From the NCBI GenBank assembly GCA_001179505.1, contig CDMY01000466.1:305087-369086 (forward strand): 64,000 nucleotides of DNA, given 5' to 3'. The notes below the pieces were generated by a model, which searched no databases, was not told where the DNA came from, and saw only the letters and a program-made list of their open reading frames with translations. Below are positions 1-12,165 of this stretch, piece by piece (within the stretch, counting starts at the first letter, position 1; each line of letters begins with the position of its first letter). The stretch comes from Vitrella brassicaformis CCMP3155 (lineage: Eukaryota; Protista; Chromerida). A program made the position numbers and the translations under genes.

Positions 1-1560
1 CTCGTTGGTGTCGTACTGCTCCACGCACATGGCCGCGCACTTCTGCAGGGGGCTGCTCTGGTCTGCTGTGGTGGGGTCGAATCCCTGGGGCAGCGCCTCC
101 ATGGCGAGCTCGTCACCACTGGCCAGCTCGGTCGTGAAGGCGCCGAAGCCGCCTTCATACCTCTTGCCCTCGACGTTCATGACGCCCTCGGCCTCGCAGA
201 CGTTGCTCTCGAGGACGTACTGCTTGGAGGGGGGGTTCCAGTCGTCATAGACCTGCTCGAGGGGCGTGACGCCGAACTCGTCGTGTGCCATGCTGCTGCT
301 GGCGGGGGCTGCGGGCGTGAGGGCCTCGTGCTTTGGTGTGATGGAGAGGGCGAGGTAGGAGCCGTCAGACATGGGGTCGTGGTCCTCCGACTTGACGATG
401 ACGGCCTTCTCAGGCGTGAAGTGGGCGTAGTTCACGTCAAAGGTGTGCGCGCCCACCTCCCACAGAGTCGTGTTGAGCGTCTCGAACTCGTCAACCCACT
501 TCAGCGTGAAACCTGAACGAACACACACAGACGACCACCCGACACACACACACTCGATGGGCGGCTGCTGCCAGTGTGGTGTTTTGTTGTGATGTGTGTG
601 CGGGCGGCCAGGCCACATACCCTTGGTGACCGGGTCGTAGTCGTATGCCTTGACGTAATCGAAGTAGATGGTGAGTGGGAGTGTCTCGGGGTTGAACCGG
701 CCGGCCCAGAACTCCGCCCAGAAGGGCTCGGGGTCGCAGGGCCAGAGGGAGATGCGGAGGTTCATCGGCTCCAGGAGCTGGGCGGGCTGGGGGCTGCAGG
801 TCTCGGGGTCGGCTCCCTCGGCCTCGCAGGGGATGTCCATGCGGATCCTACGGCCGTCAAAGTACCAGGCGACGTACTCGGGTGTCCACTCGAGCGCAAA
901 GTGGTGGAAGCCCTGCTTGATGGCGGCCTTCTGCGCCTCGATCTCGGAGGGGTGGCCCGCCGCGCCGAAAAAGATTTCGCTGATCTCTCGGTCGGTGAAG
1001 TTACCGGTGATCATGTTGGTCTGGATGGGCACCTCCCCGTGGCCGCCCATCCCGTGCACCTCGTAGTCGATCTCCTGCCATGACGCCCCCGCGACCTTGT
1101 CGGAGTCGTTCTTGTAGAGGAAGAACGTGGCGACGGTGCCGTTGACGTCGATGTTGGGGTAGAGGCTGGCCTCGAAGCGGCCGTACATGAAGTTGTCCTT
1201 GCTGGTCAGCTCGGCAGCGTCGTAGCCCCGGCCGCACTCGCCCACACACGTGCCGCCCACGCCAGCACAGAAGCACTTGTCCTGGTTCATGTAGAAGCCA
1301 TCCTCCGTCTGGTGGATGTCGTCAAAGGTCGTTACGGCCTGCCAAACCAAGGCAACCAACACACAGAGAGCGCCGGCGAGCAGACAGTCAACGCACACAA
1401 ACGCACAAACAGAGAGAGAAAGCACAATTGAGGCGGTGGCTCAGAGAGGGTGTGCGGGGGGTGCAGGCGTGTGAGGCAGGGACTGAGGGGCTCTCTCTGG
1501 CTCACTGACCTGTCCCGCGATAAGTGGCAAAGCGGCGAGCAGCGCGAGCAGGACCCTCAT
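1..1560 (-). CDS. Secreted glycoside hydrolase family 16, beta-1,3-1,4-glucanase-like, circularly permuted (Fibrobacter-type); 3' end runs off the window
   Basis: Exons 1560-1510 (signal peptide MRVLLALLAALPLIAGQ), 1338-621 and 512-<1 with GT-AG junctions in matching phase. Translation has AAELTSKDNFMYGRFEAS, catalytic WQEIDYEVHG (ExDxE), FHHFALEWTPEYVAWYFDG, then FTLKWVDEFETLNTTLWEVGAHTFDVN. Confidence 0.85.
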
Positions 1561-3224
1561 GGCGACAGGCTGGCTGGACGGCTGGCACACGTGCGAGAAA
1601 GATGACCACGCGCGCAGCTGGAGGGAGCGAGTTGATTCCCGTTTTGTGTCCTCCCAACGCCTGTAACGGCATTGCACTTGGCTCAACGTAAACATCGATG
1701 ACTCTGTTTTGGCTGATTTGATTGCACGTCCCTGTCAGTGTGTCATCGTCTCACTCCTCTCTCTTAAGGTCAACATCATTCCACCCCGTCGACAGTCTCA
1801 CACACGACATGAGATCACATGAGATCGCAGCACTGCCGGCAGCATGGCCAAACTCAGAAAAGACCTCCCGCACTATCTGTTGCCCTCCCTGCTCACACAC
1901 GACACAGGCAGGGGATGCCACACGCACACGCACACACACACACACACACACAGACCGAGTGACAGAACGAACGAGTCTCGGTCAGTTGGGGGCAACCACA
2001 TGAAATGAAGAGACGGACATGCACGCGCACACAGGTAAGTATGCGGAATCAGCAGCACGCACACACAGACGCAGGGAGAATGGACAAATCTCTCTCTTCC
2101 CATGGTGTTGATGTGTGGGTGTGCAGACGCCATTCCCGCCCTTATCAATCGTGGAGCATTCTGCAGGGTGGACGAGTGAGCGAGTGGGTGGCAAAACTGA
2201 CTGACCTGACCATGGACTACGTACGGTACGGTCGGTGTACGTGAGAAATCGACCCAGCCAGCCACCGTGTGTATGAATGAAATCAGGCTGTGAGTGTGTC
2301 TATGAAATCCTCGATAAATAGCCCTTCCCTCATTCACCGCCCCATCGCATCCCATCCCTATCGGATGGCCTCGCCCCCTCCCGTCCCCCCCGGCCTCCCG
2401 TCCCCCCCGGCCGTCGCCCAGACACACACGCACACGCACACAGGACACACGCAGACACACACACATATACATGTACATAGCGCATTCACACATGAACACG
2501 GCACCGGACGTTACGTTTCGTTTCGGGCGCGCTTTGCTGGGCATGGTGTGCACCCAGCTAGCCAGCCAGCCAGCCAGACAGGCAGACAGACAGACAGACA
2601 GGCAGACAGACAGGCAGACAGGCAGACACTGAACGGACAGGTGTGTATGTATCGCTGGTAGGCAACAGCGTGGTTCGTACTCGCTGTCCACTCACTCACT
2701 CACTCACTCACACTGACATCACATCCATAAACACCCACACATCCGCTCATCCACGACGCTTGATCTGTGCCCCTAATCGGGGCAGACACACGCATTCACC
2801 GCCACAACACGTACCGGACACGGACGCTTTTCTGGCTGCATGACCCGACTTCTTCTCTTCAAACAGTGCACTCGTCATCCCCTTTGCAAAAGTGAGTGCG
2901 CGTACACCCCTCCCTCCCTCCCTCCCCCGCCCCTTGCTTACACAAGCACAAGCAGCAGCAGCAACAGCACTACCGACCGTCCCTGTAGTGAGAACACGCT
3001 GACAGACAGACAGACAGACAGGCAGACAGAAACACACAAATCAAATCAAATCAAATGAAATGAAGTGGAGGATGCACACCCCACCCACACACCGCATCCA
3101 TCCAGTCAGTGCTGGCAAGCAGTGATCAGCCCACGCAATCAAACACAAAATAGAGCCAACGGTCAAAAGAGACCGGGCAGACAAACGCACGGACACGCCT
3201 CACTTCAACACATACACATCTTCT

Positions 3225-6200
3225 TCAGCTGGCCATCCATCTGAGCCAGCCTGTCATGTAGCCTATGAGCGTCGGCGGTTGCTGCGGGTGCTGCATTGTG
3301 TGGTCTGTCAGCACCAGACGAGCGCGCGACGACCGGCCCCTGTTGGAGTGGGTGCGGGTGGCACGGCCCACGGGGGTGAGATGCTGATGCTTCCTCAAGG
3401 GCGTGTAAGGCGGGACGCACGAGCGGACATGCTTGAGACCGATGAACACACGCGCAGGGTCGTCGGCATCCACTAGTATCACCATCTCGGCCTGACGTGA
3501 GTGAGAGAAGAAGGTGAGAAACAACATCTTGTTTCTGGAGGGGTGTGTCCCTGCCTGCCTGCCTGTGCGTGCGTCTGTCTGTGTAAGAGGTGAGTGACCT
3601 GACCTTGCACTGCTGCTGTGTGCTGTTGGGGTTGGTGATGATGACGGACACGTTGAGCTCGGGTGGGTGAGTGGAGAGGTCGCCCTTGAGCCAGTTGAGG
3701 GTCCAGCTGTTGAACAGCGGCGACATCGGCATGCCCTCCAGCGACTCACCCGCCCACAGATTCAGCAGCTCGCTCGACTCCAACACTATCTCCTCCTGCA
3801 CCGCACCAGCAATGATCCCAATGGGGAGCGGCTTGTTCGTTCGTGTGTTCCTCCCGGTTTTGTTACCTGCACGTCAGCGATGATGCTTGCATCGAGAGTG
3901 GCGTCGGCGAGCCGGTCGAGGAGGTGCACACGCTGCTCTAGGTAAGCCGTGGTCCTCTTGCGATCCGTCACGTCCTGACGTGTGGACAGAGAAGCGTGGT
4001 GGACAATGCAACCAGGGCAGGGCAGGGCAGGGCCGGCTCGTGTGTGTCTCTCTCTCTCTGATGTGTACCGTATTGTACCTACCTGAATGTACCCGTACAC
4101 GACGGTCGATGTGGGCGAGGATCGACGGCCGCCACAGCGGAAGAATCTCACCTCACCGTCAGCTCGCTCATACATAATCTGGACACACACACACATACAC
4201 ACACAGCGGCATGAGCATCGCCGACTGACGGCTCTCCGAGTGGGCACCTCCACCCACCTCCATCTCGTAGGGGTCTCCGTGATCGGCGCAGCGGATGATG
4301 GCCTCTTCAATTTTGACGCGATCAGCTCCTACCACATGCTGTGTCCAGAAGCCACTCAGACGTTTGTCGCGCACCCCGTCATCGACGAACGAAGCAACGG
4401 GCACGGGCGGCACCGAGATTGCCACATCCTCGGCGACGCCCTCCGCCTGCCCGACTACAGCCACTCCGCCCTGTTTCTTGGGCGATGCGACGTACTGGGC
4501 CATGCGGCTGTTGCCGGATGGGACACTGGCCACCGGCGTGGTGTTGCCCCCCGACTCGGTCGACGAAGACGGGGGCCCGCTGTTGTCGTCTTTGCTCGGT
4601 GCGCGCGTCTCAGACAAGTCCTTGCTGATGGGAGGGGTGACGGTACGCGACACTGCTGTCTTGTCCTTGTGGACGCTGTAGCCTGTGCTGCTCACGCCCG
4701 TCAGGGAGGGAGGGGCCGCCAGCTTGAGGCGCGACAGTGGGTGGGAGGGGTACTTGAAGGCAGTTGAGGCGACCGACTTCTCCGATTTGGCCATGTCCGG
4801 AACGAGGGCCTGCTCGAGAGCACGGCGGGGGAAGGCGCCAGGGTGCTCCGATCCGCGGGAGCGACCGGTCAGAGCCTCGATCACACGCGTCTGAGATTCA
4901 ACCACATCACACCACATCCACCATGACGCAGGACGTGCGGTGCGCATGTGGTGGAGCTGGTTTGGTTTATGTGGGTCTGGTCACCCGCCCACCTGGTAGA
5001 AGTCGGTCTGGACGTTGCCCGCCGAGTCCCACTCCCTGCAGATAGTCACCACCACACAACACAACACCACATCACACCCTTGCTGTATGTCGGATGACTG
5101 ACTGTCTGTCTTGTGCCGTAGGTACGTACCAAGCAGCGATGTCGACCATGTAAGCGAAAGACTCGAGCAGACGACGGCGCTGGCCCTTCTCACGGGCAAC
5201 CTGACCAAGACCAAACGGACAGACTGGTTGGCTGGTGTCTCCTGCCTGTGGTTGCTGCTAACCTTACCTTGTCCGTCTGGAACAAAGCGCTGCGATAGAA
5301 GTACTCCACTTGACGTGAGGCGGCGATCATCAGAATGCCCACAACTGTACATAAAGAAAGAAAGGAAGAACGAGAAGCGCGACAGACAGAGAGGCACAGG
5401 AGAGACAGGTAGGTAAGAGGTGCGTTAGGCTGGGTCAGCTGGGTGTTGCGTGCGGTGCAGTGCGGTGCGCTCACTGGGGTAGAAGCAGGTGTAGATGGGC
5501 GACCCGAACACGTAATTGGCCACGTATCTCAGCACTTGGTGGACGAGAATCAGCCACGACGTCGCGAACGAATCGCACCTGACATGCGCCACAGTCACCA
5601 CCTGCCCAGCCCAGCCCAGCCCAGCCATGTGTGTGGTACTGACTTGAAGATCATGAAGGCCAGTGCAGCGACAGCGACGTTCTGAAATTCCGCAGCGACA
5701 TAGTGCTCAAACTCGGGCTTCAGGATGATGATGCCAGGGACCTCTGGGTGCTCGGCCTCCTTCCACGCCATCAGCTGGCTGCTGCCGAACATGTCGCGAA
5801 GCTTGCCGATGAAGTGCACCTGGCTGCTCACAGCGACGCTCGTCGCAAGGAAAAAGCCGTACAACACGTACCTGGGGGACACACATCATGAGATGAGCCA
5901 CACAGCAGAGCAGTGTGTCCGGGACTTTTGGTGCGTGTGTGTGCTGTGGTCTGGAGTGGTGTCACCATTCGACGCGATAGTAGGGCTGCAACACGTCGTC
6001 AAGCGTGGCCACGAGCCTGCTGGCGCTCCGGCCATCCGGGGAGCCCGTCCAGAGGTCGCTGTGGTCGCCTTTGGTCATGGCCATGCACAGGTACCAGCGG
6101 ACGATCTGCTTGTGGAAGAGGCCGTAGAAGACCACGACGATGGACATGACCAGGGGCGTGCCGATGCGCGGCCAGAAGGCCTCGAGGCCGACGTTGGTCC

Positions 6201-6719
6201 ACACATTCGTCTGAAGCTGGATGGCAAGGGCGATGGCGAAGCCGATTATCGCCAGGGACACAATCACGCCCAGGAGCTGGCCGGGGACACACACAAGCAC
6301 AAGCACAGGAGCATGACGGCAGAGTCTCAGTGCATTCTGCAGTGGTGCTTGCGCGTGTGCGTGTGTCGCATCAATCCACCCACCTTGGCGGTTTCTCTTG
6401 TGTCTTCCCTCTTGAGCTTCAGGTATTGTTTCTCGAGCTGCTGGTCTTTGAACCTCACCCGAGCCCACGGCAGGCAGGCCCACTCGCTCTCGCACCCGAT
6501 CTGCGTCCACTGCGTACGCAGCGTCCGGGAGAACCTCGAGCAGTAGGCCCATGTGGATGGCGGCAGCACCATGTCGATGGCTGTGGCCAGCGGGGGAGGC
6601 GATGCGCTCTGCATGCTGGCCTCCTTCATCTTGCAGCCAGCCAAGATCTGCGAGTCTGCGACCACCGTGGGAAATAAGCAGGGTTTGAAACCCTGTACCC
6701 TTCCAGGTCGAAAAACCAT
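3225..6719 (-). CDS. Multi-pass membrane protein with PAS/PAC domain(s), about 11-12 exons
   Basis: Hydrophobic exons (e.g. LLGVIVSLAIIGFAIALAIQL). Splicing gives GADRVKIEEAIIRCADHGDPYEME|IMYERADGEVRFFRCGGRR...VVYGYIQ|DVTDRKR, a PAS_3/PAC-like signature. A second PAS-like segment follows. The start codon and some exon edges are uncertain. Confidence 0.6.
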
Positions 6720-7030
6720 ATGACCTCGGCTGGGGATGTGGAGAGCGAGTTGTGCACCCCAGCAGAGGTGGAAGTGAGAGGAAGGCCTACCGACGTCAGC
6801 TCAGGCTCGCTTATCAGTGGATCGAGAGGGAGGCATTTCGTGGTGGAGGACGGGAAATAGATAGATATACAAGGCCGCATCGCATCGCACAGGTGGGCAG
6901 GCGAAAATGGAAAAGAATCCATCCACAAGTGCCCTGCCCTCTGCCCGTGTGTTGTTGCTCTGGTAGGCACTCGTGCATTTCATCCATCACATGGCGTTGA
7001 GATGGCATTGACCCATCCCGGCCTCTTGCC

Positions 7031-10000
7031 ATGAATGACGGCAACTTCCAAATCAGCCAATGCGACGTCGACGCGGCCATCGCCAAGGTGGCCATCGCGA
7101 CACTCTCGTCACCGCATCAGCCGTCCGATGACGCCTTTACCCATGGCCTCAGCATACTCGGAAGGGCAGCTCAGGGCGCGTTGGTGGCTGTACGAGAGGG
7201 AGAGGTGCAAAGTTGGGTTAGGGAGCTGTTAGAGCGGCTTTGCAACGATCGGCTGCTGCAGCGTGTGCACGCCGCCTTCATCAATGCCGGCAACAGGGCA
7301 TGCCAAGAGTCGGCGGCCAAGGTGCTGCGCCTTCTGGGCGACCAGTTATCGTCCGTAGAGATCAAAAGGTCTCTCATCTCGGCTGTCGGTGGCTCGCCCC
7401 AAACCTTCATCAGCTCGCTTGCCCCAGTGTTGGACAATACCAACCTGGAACGGCCCGCAAGCAACACGGTGGAGTGGGTAGCCTTCTATCTGCTGTTTCA
7501 CATCCTGCTCAACGGCCGGGAGGAGGGCAATCGTGTCGACTATCTCGATCATTTGGTGCAGCAGCACCCCGCCATCCTCGAGAAGGCCATCGAGTGCCTG
7601 GAGAAGGCCCCAGAGACCGTGACTCGCAGCATGATGCCGTTTTTCTTCCTGCGGGCGGCGTTCGACACGGAACCGGGACAGTTCCCCCCCTTCCCATGGG
7701 CTCCCCTACCGCCCTTTGTGTTTGTCGGTTGTTTCCGGGCGGCAGTACGCATCATGGCACACGAGAGGAAGGATATTCGGGACACATAGTAAGCAAGCAA
7801 TCAATCGCACACAGACAGACAGGCAGGGAGTGCTGCGATGGATGCTGCTGTTCGTTCTTCTTTGTTCCTTCAGCGATAGTACGGCTAAAGACCTCCGATC
7901 GCTCATCCACTGCGGGCACATTCGCCACTTGGCCAATGGAGGTGGTCAGGCCCGGCACACAAACATGGTACTTGTGCGGCTAATGTCCTGCACGCGCCCT
8001 TTCAGGGTCGGATGCTGACCGCGCTGAGTGTCTGAAGGCGCTGCAGGAGCACATTTACCCCCTGGTAGATGTCAAGCAAGACAGACACCGCACAGCACAA
8101 ACACATGTCTGTCTTGGCTAATGTGGCCAGATCGACACACTGGCCGCCACGCTGACGTCTCCTGACGCAGACGAGGGAATGCGCCGCGGTGCCGCCCTGT
8201 GTGTGGAGGACATCTTCGAGTTCTGCCAGATGTTCACGACGGCGACAGGCCTAGGTACGTACACGATACACCCCCACGTGGGGCGGGGCGCCTGAGTGTG
8301 TTGGATCACTCTGCAGGGGTCGATTACATTTCTTCTCTGCCTGACGGGCCCGCCCAGCGTTTGATGAGAGTTCCGAAGGCGATGGAGACCTACACCGCTG
8401 CGCGTACGGACGACAAGCGGGATCGCGTCATCTTATTAAGTGTCCCACTTATGCTGGCCGGTGACCAATCACAACAGAGAGGCAGCGGAGAGAGGCTGTT
8501 GCGTTGTGCTGTGCACACTGTCTACTCCCTGCCTGCAGTGTGCGGCTTTCGTGCCGAGGTGTATCGCGCTGGATGGATCTCGATCATGTCGCAGCTGCCC
8601 TCCCTCATCAGCACGGAATCGCAAGACAGTCTGGTCGACTTCGCTGACACGCTTGTGTCGATCGTCGGTCCGGCCACAGACCTCACTGACGAACGGGCAA
8701 GGGTTAGTCGCGCAAGCAAGCAGGCAGACAGGCCGGCAGGGAGGAGGGCCATGTATGTGTGTATGCTGCAGATCGCTGTGCGTGAGGGTCTCCCCGTAGC
8801 TCTGTGTGAGATGATCCTCGAGCTGAAGCGCGCCCAGGTCGACCAGCAGAAGGTGGACAGATTCGAAGAATTTGCCGTCGGCACTCTGAGTGCTCTCGTC
8901 AGGTCACACACTCACTCAGTCACACACACACACACAGACCTGCCCGATCCACAAAACTCACTCCACCCTCTGTCTGTCTGTCTGTCTGTCGGTGCAGCTA
9001 TGGCGATCACGTGAGCAGCCGAGGGGGCAAATCCCGTCCCAACTCCGTCACCCAGGCCATCCTCCAGCACGAGTCGGTCAAGGCCATGCGCGCGGCCGGG
9101 CGGCAGCCAGGGCGACGCAAGGGACAGCAGCAGCTGATAGTGCCCAAGGAGGTGTCACACATAAGATGACACACACACATGGCTGCTGACAGGGGGCACA
9201 TGGACTGCATGTTGTCTTTTTTTGTAGTTGTTGGAGTTCTTTGACCTGATAGAGCGTGCGGCCAACGAGCTGGCCGACTCACTCCTGGCGGCAGAGCTGG
9301 CAGATGACCACATAGATGAGGGCAAGAAGGACACCAACACCAGCAGCAGCAGCGGCAGTAGGGGCGGCAAGAAGCGATCGAAGGGCAAGAGGGGCGGCAG
9401 GGGGGCCAACGGCACCAAGACGATCGACATCAACGAAATGGAAGCATCCTCCAGGTGGGTGAGGTGGACAGACGGGAGAAGAGGCCGGCCATCCATATGG
9501 ACCGCTGATGATGTGTGTGTGTCTGGTGGTCTACTCGCAGTGTTGGCGCTGACAACATAGACGTGGACCCCCTGAAGCATGACCACGAGGAGGACACAGA
9601 AGACCACCATGACCTGCCCGACCCCCCCACCCCCTCACCCCCGTCCCCTCCCCGACCCTCATGCTCATTCTCGTCTTTATCGGCGGCTGTAGCTGCCGGC
9701 AGTTGGCAGCAGGTGGGGGCGGGTGATGGTGGTGGTGTCGAGGGCGGCGGCTTCGTCACGGTCGGTCGTAGGAAGAGAGGCAAGGGAACCACCAAGCCGC
9801 CACAGGGCGGCCATGCACAGCAGCAGACGGACAAAACCGACAAACCACACGACAGGTACAAGCAACAAGACCAACCGTTTCTATTGTCTGTCTACTCGTG
9901 TCCTGTGTGAGTGTGTTCATTCAGCTCTAACACATCAGTGCTGCCCTCTTCGTCCGAGTCGACTCGCCCCTCCTCATCCCACTCGTCGGTGCGTGACGAC

Positions 10001-10860
10001 CCCGGCAATGCTTCGCCCCTCCCCTTCACCCTGCCGCCCCGCACATCCCGCCCTGCACCTCCAGTACCATCCCACATGGCCGGCAATGGTGCATCGGGCG
10101 GCTATGGCGATGCTCCAGTGTCTCGTGGGGCGGGTCGCGGCCTCGGGGTGCTCATCAGGCCGCCACCGCACGAGATGCAGCAGCCGTCATTCCCTGTTGC
10201 CAACGTGGCAGCCCCCACTGCATCGTCGGCCGCCAGTGCATCACCTGTCGCCATTGCAACAGTTGTCGCATCGTCATCATCCAGCGGTGTTGGCTCCGAG
10301 GGGCATGGCTTTGCCCCGTTGGCAGGCATTAGTAGCGGTAGCAGTAGCAGTTTGCAGAGGGCGGCGGACGACGAGGGCTGCGGTGGTCAGGGCAGGTACA
10401 CATTTACTTACGCACAGGGAAGCCAAGGAAAACGGGCACACAGACGACAGCCAGCCTTGGCCGCACCTGTCTGTCTGTCTGTCTGTCTGCAGGTGTGATG
10501 GTGAGGAGGTGAGTGAGGTGGAGGCGCTGCGGCAGCAGCTCGAGGCCATGCGGATGGAGAAGGAGGCCATACTCAAGGAGAAGGATGACATCAAGCGGGA
10601 GAAGGACAGGCACGTGATCCGATCAACACGCACATGAGAGATGGTCGCCGAACGGATGGCTTCTGTGTGTGTGCAGGCTGGAGGAGAGCACTGAGTGCGA
10701 CATCTGCATGGCTGACAAGAGATGCATCGTGTTGGTGCCCTGCCGCCATTTCTGTCTGTGCGGCACTTGTGCGGCCACCCTCATGAGCCGCCCCGTAGAC
10801 CAGCGGCTGTGTCCCAGCTGCAGACAGAAAATCACTGCCACAAAACACGTCTACACATGA
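7031..10860 (+). CDS. Multi-exon protein with helical N-terminus, low-complexity/coiled-coil middle and C-terminal C3HC4 RING finger (putative E3 ligase)
   Basis: First exon 7031-7788 ends at a GTAAGC donor. Last exon encodes CDICMADKRCIVLVPCRHFCLCGTCAATL...CPSCRQKI, stop at 10860. Coiled coil EALRQQLEAMRMEKEAILKEK precedes it. Confidence 0.75.
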
Positions 10861-12165
10861 GAGAGAGAGAGTGAGGGAGAGAGTGAGAGGGGGCGGGGCG
10901 GGGGGACTGTGTGTTGATTAGACCAAACCAGACTTACTTCCTCATCTGCCGTGTACGTATGCCTGTGTGATGACAACGTCTCCCCTCATTCTTTCTCGCC
11001 CTTCCCACCCTACCCACACACTGACGAAGCACATCACCACAGCCAAGACACACACAAAGGACTTAAGGAAGGCATGGGTGCGGTGCAGGTGTGTCTGCCA
11101 CGTGCGGTTTCCTGCTTGGTATTCCCATGCCACACTAATGAATGCACCTCACCTCGGTGGGGGAGGGAGGCCACCGGTCGGGGCTGGGCGTCCCGTGTGT
11201 ACGTGGCCAGCCTCGTTTTTGTGCCTCCCACACGCACTTCCACATTGCAAGACGGTGGGATGGATATCGGGATGGATATCGGTGTTCGTTGACTGGTTAA
11301 TTGTCCACAGAAAGGCCGGGCACTCGTCCACGCCATCCATGGTTGTGTGCATCCCATGTGTCTGTCCCTCTTGTCTGTAAGAATGCAACCGCGTACCCAC
11401 ACCACAGTGCCAGCACTGACTTGTAATCGACACCCACAGCCAATCCAGCCCAACCAAACCACCTGCCTGCCTGCATAGTGTGTGTTGCCCTGCAATGCAT
11501 GTAAGCCCACACGAGAGACAATTGAGGCGAGAGAGAAATAGACCTGACCTGCCTGTACTTAGTCCGTCCATCCATCCATTCATCCATCCATCCATCCAGT
11601 CAGCCAGCCGAAGAAATAAAGGCCCATCCATCCATCCACACGATGCACATCATGTCATGCACATGACATCGATGGATCTGTCTGTGCAGCCAGGTGCTTC
11701 ACGTGCCTCCGCGGGGCGAGGCCAACACGAAAACCACCCGAGAAGACACACCTGTACACACAGACACATACACACGTAGGTAGATAGACACACACACCAC
11801 ACAGACAGACACCCCCAGCCAGCCGGCATCACATACACCCTCCTCTCTGAAGGAAGGAATCGAAAACAACAAATGGGGCCCACGTTGATCTCGATCCGTC
11901 TAGCTGTTGTTCTCATGATTAAAAGCCCACAACCCACCCCACCCCACCCCGCCCCACCCCGCCCCACCCCGGTCCGGTCAGTCGTCCATCATCACCAATA
12001 CAATGCGTACGCACACACAGACACCACGCCACACCACACCACAGTCAGCCCTTAATTCGCTCGGTACCAGGGCTTCCCCTCATGCACATGCACGCCTTTC
12101 TCTACCTCTGCGCCATGCGACGACAGCCTGCCTGCCTGCCTGCCTGGCCAGAAATGACGCTCTAT

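Noticed and set aside
1700-3200. ORFs in the microsatellite-rich intergenic region
   Set aside because: The translations are CV/TH/RQTD repeats from (CA)n and (GACA)n tracts; no coherent coding signal.
10900-12100. Possible small minus-strand membrane gene between the RING gene and XRN1
   Set aside because: Some exon-like pieces (VLALWCGYAVAFLQ) exist, but I could not build a consistent spliced frame.
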